Shown: positions 1 through 11,383, numbered from the stretch's first letter. The stretch is 24,000 bases of DNA from Aeromonas diversa CDC 2478-85 (GCF_000819805.1 NZ_CDCE01000007.1:28814-52813); one strand, 5' to 3'. The notes: generated by a model not told the origin, from the sequence alone. Made by a program: numbers and translations.

Positions 1-2901
1 GAAACTCACCTCGCGCAGGGCCCACTGGGGCGCCTCGGGGTAGCGCAGCCCCACCGCCTCGAAGCGCACCACAGGATGGGGATCGGCGAGGGGCTCGCCG
101 CCCTCCCGCTCGGTCTCGATCTCGCTGTACTCGCGCACCCGCTCCACCGCGTTCATCACCTGCTCCACTTCCGCCAGGGTACGGATCAGGCCATTGAGCA
201 TGCTCGAGCTGGTGAAGGCATAGGTGATGGCGAGGCCACCGATGAGGGGGCTGGCGCCGAAGGCGACCAGCAGTGCCACGCTGCCTACCAGGCCGGCCGA
301 GACCAGGGTCTGGTGGATACCGAGCCAGCGGTTGATGGAGGTGGTGGTGTACCAGCTCTGCAGGTTGCGGTCGAAGTGGGTCAGGACCTGGTCCAGGGCG
401 AAGCGCTCGGCCCCCGCCAGACGCAGTGAAGGGGCGCCGCGGATGGTCTCGCCGATGGCCACGTAGAGGGGGGAGCGCAGCACCGACGAGTAGCGGCGCA
501 GCTTGAGCTGAACCCGGCGATAGCCACGCTGCAACCGGTACAGAGCCAGGGCCAGCAGGACAAACAGGGGCAGCAGCAGGGGCATCTGGCTGCCGATCAC
601 CCCCATCTGCAGCAGTATGGTCACCCCCATGGCGAGCAGGGCCGTCATCAAGGCGATGAGGATCTCCTGGGCTTCCCCGAGATCGTGATCGAAGCGATTC
701 AGAATGCGCCCCTGGGGCACCTTGTCGAAGAAGGCCATGGGGGCGCGCGACAGCCGTCCCAGCATGCCCTGGAACAGGCGCCAGGCCAGGGTCAGGGCGA
801 GCCGGTAGTCGAGCACCCGGCCCAGGGCCAATGCCAGCAAGGCACCACCGCCGAGCAGGGCGTAGCCGGTCAGCAGGGTCGTGGCGTCACGGGCGCCCTG
901 GCTACCGAGCCAGAGATCCGAGCCGATGCGCAGCCCCTCTTGCAGCACGGTGAGCAGCACCATCCCGATCACCATGGCCGGGGCCGTTACCTGGCGCCAA
1001 AGGAAGCCGAGCAGCCCCCAGTCGACGCCCCCCTGTGCCACCGTCTCGTCGCTGAACTGCTCCGCCTCGTCGGCTCGGGCCGCCGGGGGCAGGGGGGGCG
1101 GCAGGGGGAGTTCGTCCACCTGCTCGCGGGGCAGCGGAACCAGGGCACAACCGCGCACCGCGAAGACCCGATCGCAGCGGGCCAGCACCCTGGGGTCGTG
1201 GCTCACCAGCAGCCGGGTCGGGCCGGGGCGGAAGGTGAGACCGCGCGCCAGTACCTGTTCGGCTACCAGGGGGTCGAGGGCCGACAGGGGGTTGTCGAGC
1301 AGCAGGATGTCGGCCCGGGTGTAGAGGGCGCGGGCCAGGGCCACCCGCTGCTGCTGGCCGCCCGAGAGGCGGGTGCCGAGTTCGCCCACCAGGGTCTGGT
1401 CGCCGTGGGCGAGCAGGGCGAGATCGGTCTCGAGGGCGCTGGCCCCCAGCACCCACTGGTAGCGCGCCTCGTCCCAGGGTTGGCCGAACAGTATGTTGTT
1501 GCGCAGGGTGTCGTTCATCAGCCAGGGCTTGTGCCCCAGCAGTCCGACCTGGCCGGCGCGGCGCAGGGCGCCGGAGAAGTCGTCGTCGAAGCCGGCGATG
1601 AGGTGCAGCAGACAGCTCTTGCCGCTGCCGGTTTCTCCCGTGATGCCAATGACTTCTCCCGGGGTGACCCGCAGGTTAACGTCCTGAAGTACGGTGCGAT
1701 CCTGGTGGCGCACCCCGACCCCTTCAAGCACCAGGGCCCCGGCGGGCAGGGCGGGGTCATCGAGCACCCTGTGCTGCTCCGGGGTGTCGAGAAAATCGGT
1801 GACGCGGCGGATGGCGGTGTTGAAGTTGATCGCCAGGCGCACCAGGTGGGGCAGGCGCATCATGGGCATGCGTAGCACGACGAACAGGGCGATGGTGGTG
1901 AACACCTGGGGCATGGTGAGAGATTGCCCTGCCAGCAGGTAGGTGGCGAAGGTGGCCAGGGTCACCAGCAGGGCGGCGCCGTGGCTCAGGATGCCGTGGA
2001 CGGCACCCAGGCGCAGGATGCGGCGCAGGGCGGTGAGCTCCTCGGCACGGCGCGCCTCGGCGCGGCGGATGAAGAAGGGGCCGAGGCCGTTCTGGCGCAC
2101 CAACCGCAGCTTCTTGATGTACTCGGCCAAGATGCCATTGCGCTCGTCCTGGCGGAGTTTGAGCACCGTCTCCTCACGGTTCATGCGGCGTACCAGCTCG
2201 GAGGAGAGTCCGAGCAGCAGGGCCAGCACGGCGCAGCCGACCAATCCGGCCTCGCCCACCTGCCACACCAGCAGGGCGACGGTGCCGGCCAGCTGGAGCA
2301 GGATAAACAGCAGGCTGAGCGGCTCGGCCAGCATCCAGGAGATGTCCCATACGTCCTTGTTGATGAGGTTCTGCACCCGGCCGCCGGCGCGATCGTCGAA
2401 CGCCTTGCCGCCGATGCGCAGCACCTTGGCCAGCAGGGCCTCGGTGAAGAGGCGGCGCAGCGGAATGTGGGACTTGAGTGAGAGCTGCAGGGTGTGCTCG
2501 GCCAGCAGACCGCTCGCCAGCACGCTCAGGGTGAGTGCCAGGGCGAGCCCTAGCTTCTCCCACAGGGGGGCCGCGCCGCCAAGGCCCGTCATGGCCCGGT
2601 TCAGCAGCCAAGGGCTGGCGAGGCTGGCCAGCACGGCCAGCGCTTGCAGCAGGGTGCCGAGCAGGAGTCGGCGGCGCACCGTGGCGAGGGCGAAACGGCA
2701 CAGACCCCAGGCGCTGGTGCCGGGATGGGCGGTGAGGGCGAGAAAGTCGTCGGCGTGGTGGCCGCGGCGGTCCTGTGGGAGCAGGGGGTAGAGATCGTCC
2801 TGGCCGACGGCGCCGGGCTGATAGCCCTTTTTCACCAGGGGGTGCGCCCAGCGATAGAGCAGGCGGCTCAGCCAGGAGGCCGAGCGTTCCGGATGGTTCA
2901 C
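1..2901 (-). CDS. ABCC/MRP-like ABC exporter, fused TMD-NBD-TMD-NBD type; 3' end lies beyond the left window edge (at least 967 codons visible)
   Basis: Absent from the ORF track because the frame has no stop inside the window. I translated the minus strand by hand in the frame whose codons begin at positions divisible by 3. GTG start at 2901 with GGAAG 6 nt upstream. N-terminus MNHPERSASWLSRLLYRWAHPLVKKGYQ. Walker A GETGSGKS (1615-1638), ABC signature LSGGQQQR (1345-1368), Walker B ILLLDNPLSALD (~1275-1310). A Pro/Ala-rich linker (~1040-1130) precedes a second hydrophobic domain. The window edge reads VVRFEAVGLRYPEAPQWALREVSF, typical of the first strand of a second NBD. The + strand ORFs listed over 76-2994 are antisense shadows. 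Confidence 0.85.
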   Translation of the reverse strand, partial: MNHPERSASWLSRLLYRWAHPLVKKGYQPGAVGQDDLYPLLPQDRRGHHADDFLALTAHPGTSAWGLCRFALATVRRRLLLGTLLQALAVLASLASPWLLNRAMTGLGGAAPLWEKLGLALALTLSVLASGLLAEHTLQLSLKSHIPLRRLFTEALLAKVLRIGGKAFDDRAGGRVQNLINKDVWDISWMLAEPLSLLFILLQLAGTVALLVWQVGEAGLVGCAVLALLLGLSSELVRRMNREETVLKLRQDERNGILAEYIKKLRLVRQNGLGPFFIRRAEARRAEELTALRRILRLGAVHGILSHGAALLVTLATFATYLLAGQSLTMPQVFTTIALFVVLRMPMMRLPHLVRLAINFNTAIRRVTDFLDTPEQHRVLDDPALPAGALVLEGVGVRHQDRTVLQDVNLRVTPGEVIGITGETGSGKSCLLHLIAGFDDDFSGALRRAGQVGLLGHKPWLMNDTLRNNILFGQPWDEARYQWVLGASALETDLALLAHGDQTLVGELGTRLSGGQQQRVALARALYTRADILLLDNPLSALDPLVAEQVLARGLTFRPGPTRLLVSHDPRVLARCDRVFAVRGCALVPLPREQVDELPLPPPLPPAARADEAEQFSDETVAQGGVDWGLLGFLWRQVTAPAMVIGMVLLTVLQEGLRIGSDLWLGSQGARDATTLLTGYALLGGGALLALALGRVLDYRLALTLAWRLFQGMLGRLSRAPMAFFDKVPQGRILNRFDHDLGEAQEILIALMTALLAMGVTILLQMGVIGSQMPLLLPLFVLLALALYRLQRGYRRVQLKLRRYSSVLRSPLYVAIGETIRGAPSLRLAGAERFALDQVLTHFDRNLQSWYTTTSINRWLGIHQTLVSAGLVGSVALLVAFGASPLIGGLAITYAFTSSSMLNGLIRTLAEVEQVMNAVERVREYSEIETEREGGEPLADPHPVVRFEAVGLRYPEAPQWALREVSF

Positions 2902-2977
2902 GTTTGCTTCCTTTTCGTTGTCTTGGGCCGCCTCTTCCGTGGGCGGCCTTCTACTATCGGGGCTTTCTGGCTCCCGA

Positions 2978-4243
2978 TCAACGGTCACGATTGAGTGTGA
3001 TGAGGCGATCCAGGATGCGCTCACCGTCGGCGCGGATGCCGTTGTGCTCGTACTCGTTGGTGATCCAGGCGCGGCTGTTGCCGAGCCCCTTGAGGGTGTC
3101 GCGGCTGTAGTCGAACTCCACGTACATGTCGTCGGCGTAGACGGCGCAGGCGACCGGCACCCGGTTGGCGGCCAGGCGTGCCCTGTCGTAGAGGGGGCCC
3201 CAGTCGCTCTTCTTTGCGAGCCGCTGGGCCGCCGCGCGCAGGGGCAACAGCTCGCGGAACTGCTCGAACATCCAGGGGTAGATCATCTCGCCGGTGAAGT
3301 GCAGCGGCTTGCCCGGCGCCCAGTCGAGCTCGGGATGACGGCCGCGCACCCGCTCGGCGGCCCAGCCGGTGGCGACCCCTTCGGCGTAGATGGACTCGTG
3401 CAGGATGGCGAAGATGGGGTGGCCGTTGAACGGCTGCATCCCCTGCAGCTGGTAGAGGAAGGCATCGCCGAGGCGCTCCCCGTCGAAGGCCCCCTCGAGC
3501 AGGAAGTAGAGGGACTCGGGGCCGCCGCTGGCGCCGAGATCCAGCCCCTGCTGCTGGAACTGCTCCACCGTCAGGCGCTGGCCGTTCGGCAGGCGCACGT
3601 CGTGGTGATGGAGGTGGTCGGCGAGGCGGTCCAGCATCCCCTGCATGGCCGGGAAGCGCGCGCACAGGGCCGCCTGCTTGTCGGCCACCCGGCGCACGGT
3701 CGCCTCGTAGACTTCATCGGCGCTGCGCCCCACCGGCGGGATGCCGCCCGTGATGTAGACCTCGTGCAGGGCCTCGGGGAAGAGGGAGAGGTAGGTGAGG
3801 CAGCAAAAGCCACCGAAGCTCTGGCCGAGCAGGCTCCAGGGGCGTGCGGGGCTGAGCCGTGCGCGCAGCCATTCGGCGTCGCGCACTATGCTGTCGGCGC
3901 GAAAATGAGCCAGGTACTCGGCCTGCTCTTCTGCGCTGAGGTGGGCGAGCCCCCGGGCGCTCACCGCCGTGGAGCTGCCGGTGCCGCGCTGATCGAGCAG
4001 CACCACCCGAAACTCCTGCAACGCCCGCTTGATCCAGCCGCTGCGTGCGGTCGGGCGCGGCGCACCGAAGCCAGGACCCCCTTGCAGGAACAGCAGCCAG
4101 GGCAGATCCTCGTCGCGCCGCTGCGCGTCGACCAGGGTGCGGGCGAACAGGGTGATCTGCGCCCCGTCCGGCTTGGCGTGGTCGAGGGGAACCTCAAGGG
4201 TCATGGGCTGGCAGTACATGCCGTCGAGCTGGTAGGGAGTCAT
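2978..4243 (-). CDS. pap: Prolyl aminopeptidase / proline iminopeptidase (alpha/beta hydrolase, peptidase S33)
   Basis: Track ORF 2978..4300 (-). Motifs: LFLQGGPGFGAPRP oxyanion region and GQSFGG nucleophile elbow. From memory it aligns closely along its length with the Aeromonas sobria prolyl aminopeptidase (C-terminus ...AWITNEYEHNGIRADGERILDRLI). The track start at 4300 is a GTG. I prefer the ATG at 4243 (MTPYQLDG...), which has AGGA 6-7 nt upstream. Confidence 0.85.
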   Translation of the reverse strand: MTPYQLDGMYCQPMTLEVPLDHAKPDGAQITLFARTLVDAQRRDEDLPWLLFLQGGPGFGAPRPTARSGWIKRALQEFRVVLLDQRGTGSSTAVSARGLAHLSAEEQAEYLAHFRADSIVRDAEWLRARLSPARPWSLLGQSFGGFCCLTYLSLFPEALHEVYITGGIPPVGRSADEVYEATVRRVADKQAALCARFPAMQGMLDRLADHLHHHDVRLPNGQRLTVEQFQQQGLDLGASGGPESLYFLLEGAFDGERLGDAFLYQLQGMQPFNGHPIFAILHESIYAEGVATGWAAERVRGRHPELDWAPGKPLHFTGEMIYPWMFEQFRELLPLRAAAQRLAKKSDWGPLYDRARLAANRVPVACAVYADDMYVEFDYSRDTLKGLGNSRAWITNEYEHNGIRADGERILDRLITLNRDR

Positions 4244-4377
4244 GGATGCGTCCTGGCAAGGAGAAAGCGCCATGATAGCGGGAGGCTCAGGCAGGGTCAC
4301 CGGATTGTTAACAAACCCTTGAATGGGTTAGGGGGCACCCCCATCTAGGGACGACTGATTCAAGCGGGAGCTAGGTG

Positions 4378-4911
4378 ATGAAGAGAGAAGAAGGGGCTGG
4401 TGCAGTCATGCAGGGAAGCCGTTTGGGGCGGCTGATCTTCTGGAGCCGTTGGTTACAGCTGCCCATCTATCTGGGGCTGATCGTGGTGCAGGGGGTCTAT
4501 GCCTGGAAGTTTCTCGCCTCCCTGTGGGTGCTGTTGCAGAACCTGACCCGGCTGACCGAGACCGAAATCATGCTCTCGGTGCTGGCGTTGATCGATGTGG
4601 TGATGATCGCCAACCTGCTGCTGATGGTGACCGTGGGGGGCTACGAGACCTTCGTGTCGCGCCTGCGCATCCAGAATCACCCGGATCAGCCCGAGTGGCT
4701 CGGCCACGTCAACGCCTCGGTGCTCAAGGTGAAGCTCTCCATGGCCATCATCAGCATCTCGTCGATCCACCTGCTACAGACCTTTATCAACGCCAGCCGG
4801 CTCGACGAGCACACCATCAAGTGGCAGCTCTTCATTCACCTGGCCTTCTTGCTGTCGGCGGCGGCCATCGCCTTTACCGACAAGTTGTTGATGCAGAATC
4901 AGGAGCACTGA
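4378..4911 (+). CDS. yqhA: UPF0114 / YqhA-family inner-membrane protein
   Basis: [29 protein letters not shown] and [14 protein letters not shown] align with E. coli YqhA (ASRWLLAPVYFGL, SGYENFVS, SSIHLLRVF). Start is ambiguous: GTG 4375, ATG 4378 or ATG 4408. The last gives an E. coli-like length. Confidence 0.8.
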   Translation: MKREEGAGAVMQGSRLGRLIFWSRWLQLPIYLGLIVVQGVYAWKFLASLWVLLQNLTRLTETEIMLSVLALIDVVMIANLLLMVTVGGYETFVSRLRIQNHPDQPEWLGHVNASVLKVKLSMAIISISSIHLLQTFINASRLDEHTIKWQLFIHLAFLLSAAAIAFTDKLLMQNQEH

Positions 4912-4986
4912 CTCTTCAGGCGCAGAGCCAAGGTAATGAGGAAAGGGGAGGGGGGCGAGACGCCGTTATCCCTGAACTCAGAGAAG

Positions 4987-5010
4987 AGGCCCGCTTGGCG
5001 GGCCTTGTTC
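4987..5010 (+). terminator. Possible terminator downstream of yqhA
   Basis: AGGCCCGC-ttg-GCGGGCCT GC-rich hairpin followed by TGTTC. The U-tract is poor. Confidence 0.4.
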
Positions 5011-5026
5011 ATGGTGCTCGGCGCCG

Positions 5027-5063
5027 GAAAAACAAAAAGCCCGCTCTGTTGAGCGGGCTTTTC
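5027..5063 (-). terminator. Rho-independent terminator of the tRNA-Phe/tRNA-Asn operon (potentially bidirectional)
   Basis: 9-bp stem AGCCCGCTC/GAGCGGGCT with a tgtt loop. On the minus strand it is followed by TTTTTGTTTTT. On the plus strand it is followed by TTTT. Confidence 0.7.
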
Positions 5064-5068
5064 AAATT

Positions 5069-5144
5069 TGGCTCCTCCGACTGGACTCGAACCAGTGACA
5101 TACGGATTAACAGTCCGCCGTTCTACCGACTGAACTACGGAGGA
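5069..5144 (-). tRNA. asnT: tRNA-Asn (anticodon GUU)
   Basis: The reverse complement is a 76-nt tRNA: TCCTCCGTAGTTCAGTCGGTAGAACGGCGGACTGTTAATCCGTATGTCACTGGTTCGAGTCCAGTCGGAGGAGCCA. It is near-identical to E. coli tRNA-Asn, with a compensated acceptor-stem change and an encoded CCA. Confidence 0.95.
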
Positions 5145-5151
5145 AGAGTCT

Positions 5152-5227
5152 TGGTGCCCAGAGACGGAATCGAACCGCCGACACGGGGATTTTCAATCCC
5201 CTGCTCTACCGACTGAGCTATCTGGGC
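5152..5227 (-). tRNA. pheV: tRNA-Phe (anticodon GAA)
   Basis: The reverse complement is GCCCAGATAGCTCAGTCGGTAGAGCAGGGGATTGAAAATCCCCGTGTCGGCGGTTCGATTCCGTCTCTGGGCACCA. The D-arm and anticodon arm are identical to E. coli tRNA-Phe, and CCA is encoded. Confidence 0.95.
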
Positions 5228-5237
5228 AACGGCGCGC

Positions 5238-5266
5238 ATTAAACCCTGTATGCCTTTTTGTGTCAA
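5238..5266 (-). promoter_or_regulatory. Sigma-70 promoter of the tRNA-Phe/Asn operon
   Basis: Minus strand reads TTGACA-17 nt-TTTAAT, then the GC-rich discriminator GCGCGCC about 10 nt before the tRNA-Phe 5' end. An A-rich UP-like stretch lies upstream (5267-5300). Confidence 0.65.
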
Positions 5267-5369
5267 CCGCGAGATGCACTTTTCTCATCTTTTTGGTTTG
5301 TTCGCTGTTTTTTTGCCCTGATAGTCTAGAAACCGGGCCGATATCGAGTCGGCAGGTGTTTGTCGTGGG

Positions 5370-5408
5370 GCAGAAACCAAGATGCCAGTCGGGCGACTGG
5401 CATCTTGG
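5370..5408 (-). terminator. Terminator downstream of tsaD
   Basis: Perfect 14-bp stem CCAAGATGCCAGTC/GACTGGCATCTTGG with a 4-nt loop, followed on the minus strand by TTTCTGC. It lies 22 nt after the tsaD stop. Confidence 0.65.
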
Positions 5409-5429
5409 TATTGAGTGGGATCCTTAAGA

Positions 5430-6443
5430 TCAGACCGGATCCAGAGTGTCCAGCGGCCAGCGCGGCACGGCCTTGACCTCGAGCGTCTCGAACACGCCGG
5501 CCTTGAGGCGTTGCATGCCGGCGTAGGCGATCATGGCGCCGTTGTCGGTGCAGTACTCGGTGCGCGGATAGAACACTTCGCCGCCGAGATCTTGCATCAT
5601 CTCGGCCAGCTGGGCACGCAGGTAGTGGTTGGCACTGACGCCGCCCGCCACCACCAGGCGCTTGAGGCCGGTTTCCTTGAGGGCGCGGCGGCACTTGATG
5701 GCGAGGGTGTCGACCACGGCCGCCTGGAAGGCGTGGGCTATGTCGGCGCGGGTCTGTTCGTCGCTACCCTCTGCGGCTATGGTGTTGGCCGCGAAGGTTT
5801 TGAGACCGGAGAAGCTCATGTCGAGCCCGGGGCGATCGGTCATGGGACGGGGGAAAACGAAGCGGCTCGGGGTGCCCTTCTCGGCCAGACGCGACAGCAG
5901 CGGGCCGCCGGGATAGTCGAGCCCCATCAGCTTGGCGGTCTTGTCGAAGGCCTCGCCGGCGGCATCATCGATCGATTCGCCGAGTACCTGATAGCGGCCG
6001 ATGCCATCGACCCGTACCAGCATGGAGTGACCACCGGAGACCAGCAGGGCAACAAAAGGAAACTCGGGGGCACTCTCTTCCAGCATGGGGGCGAGCAGGT
6101 GCCCTTCCATATGGTGTACCGCCACGGCGGGTTTGCCCCAGGCCATGGCCAGGGAGCGGCCTATGGTCGCTCCGACCAGCAGGGCGCCAACCAGGCCGGG
6201 ACCGGCGGTGTAGGCGATGCCGTCGATATCCTCTTTTCCGAGGCCGGCTTCTTTCAATGCGGCCTGGATCAAGGGGATCGTCTTACGCACATGATCGCGG
6301 CTCGCCAGCTCGGGTACGACACCGCCGTAATCCGCGTGGAGCTTGACCTGGCTGTAGAGCTGGTGGGAGAGGATCCCACGTTGATCGTCGAAGATCGCGA
6401 TCCCGGTTTCGTCACAGGACGTCTCGATTCCCAATACTCGCAT
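5430..6443 (-). CDS. tsaD: tRNA N6-adenosine threonylcarbamoyltransferase TsaD (YgjD/Gcp)
   Basis: 337 aa. [20 protein letters not shown]..., HMEGHLLAP and VSGGHS metal-binding motifs, GGVSAN. Divergent from rpsU as in E. coli. Confidence 0.95.
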   Translation of the reverse strand: MRVLGIETSCDETGIAIFDDQRGILSHQLYSQVKLHADYGGVVPELASRDHVRKTIPLIQAALKEAGLGKEDIDGIAYTAGPGLVGALLVGATIGRSLAMAWGKPAVAVHHMEGHLLAPMLEESAPEFPFVALLVSGGHSMLVRVDGIGRYQVLGESIDDAAGEAFDKTAKLMGLDYPGGPLLSRLAEKGTPSRFVFPRPMTDRPGLDMSFSGLKTFAANTIAAEGSDEQTRADIAHAFQAAVVDTLAIKCRRALKETGLKRLVVAGGVSANHYLRAQLAEMMQDLGGEVFYPRTEYCTDNGAMIAYAGMQRLKAGVFETLEVKAVPRWPLDTLDPV

Positions 6444-6522
6444 TGCTTTAAATTTTCACTGCTAAAATGAGGCGGCTATGGTACCCTTCGCGGGTTTTTT
6501 AGACCAGCGATCTCTGCCGGGT

Positions 6523-6551
6523 TTACTTTCATTCCCGAAACTGAGTATAAT
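6523..6551 (+). promoter_or_regulatory. Candidate sigma-70 promoter of the rpsU operon
   Basis: TTACTT-17 nt-TATAAT, about 70 nt upstream of the rpsU start. Confidence 0.5.
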
Positions 6552-6566
6552 TTCGCACCATTTTAA

Positions 6567-6839
<273 letters not shown>

Positions 6840-6854
6840 TCCGGATTGACTGCC

Positions 6855-7298
6855 GTGTCTCTGAAGGATCTGCTCAAGGATCAACAGAAAGCTGCCATGT
6901 TGGCCAAACAAAAGGCCCGCCTTGGCACTATTCGTCTGTTGATGGCCGAGATCAAGCAGCGCGAAGTAGACACTCGCACCGAACTGGGTGACGAGGAGAT
7001 CCTGGCTGTGGTGACCAAGATGGTCAAACAGCGCCGGGATTCCATCGCTCAGTTCGAGGCCGCCGGCCGTCAGGATCTCGCCGATGTTGAATCCGCCGAG
7101 ATCGCGGTGCTGCAGGAATTCCTGCCGCAACAACTGACCGCCGAAGAGATCGCTGCTCTGATTGAGCAAGCCGTCGCCGATACCGGCGCCGCCGCCATGG
7201 CGGACATGGGCAAGGTGATGGGTGTTCTCAAGCCGAAGATCCAGGGACGTGCCGACGTTGGCGCTGTCAGCGCACAGGTAAAAGCCCGTCTGGCATAA
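6855..7298 (+). CDS. GatB/YqeY domain-containing protein
   Basis: SLKDLLKDQQKAAMLAKQKARLGTIRLLMAEIKQREVD... matches the YqeY family N-terminus, and the size is typical (~147 aa). Start is GTG 6855 (MSLKD...) or TTG 6846. It sits between rpsU and dnaG, which from memory is the arrangement in several other gammaproteobacteria (for example Pseudomonas). Confidence 0.85.
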   Translation: MSLKDLLKDQQKAAMLAKQKARLGTIRLLMAEIKQREVDTRTELGDEEILAVVTKMVKQRRDSIAQFEAAGRQDLADVESAEIAVLQEFLPQQLTAEEIAALIEQAVADTGAAAMADMGKVMGVLKPKIQGRADVGAVSAQVKARLA

Positions 7299-7315
7299 GG
7301 TAGACCGCGTTAGTC

Positions 7316-7353
7316 AAAAGAAGCCGTGCTTCCCCGGATGCGCGGCTTTTTTA
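7316..7353 (+). terminator. Internal (attenuating) terminator between yqeY and dnaG
   Basis: GCCGTGC/GCGCGGC stem (one G-U pair) with a 10-nt loop, followed by TTTTTT. It is analogous to the partial T1 terminator upstream of dnaG in the E. coli macromolecular synthesis operon. Confidence 0.7.
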
Positions 7354-7373
7354 TTCTCTGAAAAAGGGCAACC

Positions 7374-9161
7374 ATGGCAGGCAGGATCCCCCAATCCTTT
7401 ATCGATGACCTTCTGGCCCGCACCGACATCGTCGAGTTGATCGACAGCCGGGTGCGTCTCAAGAAAGCCGGTAAGAACTACCAGGCGTGCTGCCCTTTCC
7501 ATAACGAGAAGAGCCCCTCTTTCTCGGTCAGCCCCGAGAAACAGTTCTATCACTGCTTCGGTTGTGGTGCCCATGGCACCGCCGTCGGCTTCCTGATGGA
7601 GTACGACGGGCTCGAGTTTCCCGATGCCATCGAGGAGCTGGCCAGCCTGCATGGCATGACGGTGCCGCGTGAGCAGAGTGGTGGCGGTGGATCCTATGGA
7701 TCCCAGCCTGCCGTGAGTAAGGATCTGTTCGAGCTGATGGCCCAGATCGCCCGCTTCTACGAGTCCAACCTCAAGGCGGCTCCCCAGGCGGTGGAGTACC
7801 TCAAGGGACGGGGGCTCACCGGCGAGGTGGTGAAGAAGTTTGCCATCGGCTATGCCCCCAATGAGTGGGATCAGGTACGACGTCGTTTCGGTGCAGGCAG
7901 TGAGCAGGAGCAGCAGCTCATCACCGGTGGCATGCTGATCCTGCGTGACAACGGCACGGGCAGCTATGATCGCTTCCGCGATCGCATCATGTTCCCGATC
8001 CGTGACAAACGGGGCAGGGTTATCGGCTTCGGCGGTCGGGTGCTGGGTGACGGAACGCCCAAGTATCTGAACTCTCCCGAGACCCCCATCTTCCACAAGG
8101 GACGCGAGCTGTTCGGCCTCTATGAGGTGCGGCAGGCCCACAAGGATCTGCGCCGGATCCTGGTGGTCGAAGGGTACATGGATGTGGTGGCCCTGGCTCA
8201 GTACGGCATCGATTATGCGGTAGCTGCGCTCGGTACCGCGACCACCAGCGATCATATCCACACCCTGTTTCGCACCACGGCCGAGGTGGTCTGTTGTTAC
8301 GACGGGGATAACGCCGGGCGGGAAGCCGCATGGCGGGCGCTCGATAACGCCTTGCCCCACCTGCAGGACGGGCGCGAGCTTAAGTTTGTCTTCCTGCCGG
8401 ACGGCGAGGATCCCGATTCTCTGGTGCGCCAGATTGGCAAAGAAGAGTTTGAGACCCTGCTCGAGCAGGCCCAGCCTTTCGCCGAATTCATGTTCGAGCG
8501 CCTCGAGCGGGATGCCGCCCTCTCGGGAGAGGCGGGCAAGTTCGAGGTCGCCAACAAGGCGGCTGAGCTGATCCGTCGAGTGCCGGAAGGCTTTACTCGA
8601 GAGGGCTTGATCACCCGGCTGTCGCGTATGATGCGCTGGGGTGAGAACAAACAGCGTATCGACGAGTTGTTTGCCCGTCACAGCCAACCCAAGGCCGAGG
8701 CGTCACGCCCCCAGAAGGGCAAGCTGACCCCGCTGCGTCGGGCGTTGGCGCTGATGGTGCAGTATCCGACCCTGGCCGCTGAACTGCCCGTGATGCCGGA
8801 ACTGTCGGGCCTCAAGGTGGCGGGTATCTCCTTCCTGCTGCAGCTGCACAGCCAGATCTGCGAGTGGCCCGATGTGACCACCGCCATCTTGCTCGAGCAC
8901 TGGCGAGGTACCAAGGAGGGAGAGATCCTGGCCCAGCTTGCCATGCATGATCTCTACGAAGGGATGGAGATCGAAGAGGCGGCGGTCCAGCAGGAGTTGG
9001 AAGATACCTTGGTCGGCTTCATCAACCTCTTTCTCAAGCAGCGTATCGAAGAGCTGCAGGGGAAGGTGGGCCAAGAGGGGCTGACACCAGAAGAGACCCG
9101 AGAGCTGCTGTTGCTGCTCAAGGAAGTTTCGCTTGAAAAAAGAAGTGACAACGGGGCTTGA
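7374..9161 (+). CDS. dnaG: DNA primase
   Basis: 595 aa. Zinc-ribbon CPFHNEKSPSFSVSPEKQFYHCFGCGAHG, a TOPRIM region (VVEGYMDVVAL, CYDGDNAGREAA) and a C-terminal helicase-interaction domain. The RBS is weak (AAGGG), as is known for dnaG. Confidence 0.97.
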   Translation: MAGRIPQSFIDDLLARTDIVELIDSRVRLKKAGKNYQACCPFHNEKSPSFSVSPEKQFYHCFGCGAHGTAVGFLMEYDGLEFPDAIEELASLHGMTVPREQSGGGGSYGSQPAVSKDLFELMAQIARFYESNLKAAPQAVEYLKGRGLTGEVVKKFAIGYAPNEWDQVRRRFGAGSEQEQQLITGGMLILRDNGTGSYDRFRDRIMFPIRDKRGRVIGFGGRVLGDGTPKYLNSPETPIFHKGRELFGLYEVRQAHKDLRRILVVEGYMDVVALAQYGIDYAVAALGTATTSDHIHTLFRTTAEVVCCYDGDNAGREAAWRALDNALPHLQDGRELKFVFLPDGEDPDSLVRQIGKEEFETLLEQAQPFAEFMFERLERDAALSGEAGKFEVANKAAELIRRVPEGFTREGLITRLSRMMRWGENKQRIDELFARHSQPKAEASRPQKGKLTPLRRALALMVQYPTLAAELPVMPELSGLKVAGISFLLQLHSQICEWPDVTTAILLEHWRGTKEGEILAQLAMHDLYEGMEIEEAAVQQELEDTLVGFINLFLKQRIEELQGKVGQEGLTPEETRELLLLLKEVSLEKRSDNGA

Positions 9162-9387
9162 TATTTACAGGGCGAGCCCCTATACCAGTGCTGTTGCCCG
9201 AATTGACGGGATGAAAAGAAGCAATATGAACAATGACCACCTGGCCCTGAGCAGAGCGAGGGCAGGGGTTTCTCACCGCTACGTAGCCACCGGGCATAGC
9301 ATGTCTGGCGGTTTTCTATTAGAATTGGCTATTTGCGCGTCAGCGCATTGAATCGCGCAACCTAGCATCACCAACCGGATGAGTTCT

Positions 9388-11247
<1,860 letters not shown>

Positions 11248-11257
11248 GCCGTCGAGA

Positions 11258-11288
11258 CAAAAAGGCCTCTAGCGAGGCCTTTTTTATT
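11258..11288 (+). terminator. rpoD rho-independent terminator
   Basis: AGGCCTC-tagc-GAGGCCT hairpin followed by TTTTTATT, 11 nt after the rpoD stop. Confidence 0.85.
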
Positions 11289-11332
11289 GCCCTCTTGCTG
11301 GCTAATCCTTGCACAAGTGATTGATATGCCTA

Positions 11333-11361
11333 TGGACTGGTCTTGGTGATTCCCCTATAAT
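11333..11361 (+). promoter_or_regulatory. Candidate promoter of tRNA-Ile2
   Basis: TGGACT-17 nt-TATAAT followed by the GC-rich discriminator CGCCGCC. The -10 ends 22 nt before the tRNA 5' end. Confidence 0.45.
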
Positions 11362-11383
11362 CGCCGCCACTCGCAAGAGTTTC

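Noticed and set aside
76-2994. Plus-strand ORFs over the first 3 kb (for example 685-1875, 1924-2481, 1943-2791, 2644-2994).
   Set aside because: They are shadows of the minus-strand ABC exporter, whose Walker A, signature and Walker B motifs read cleanly in the opposite strand.
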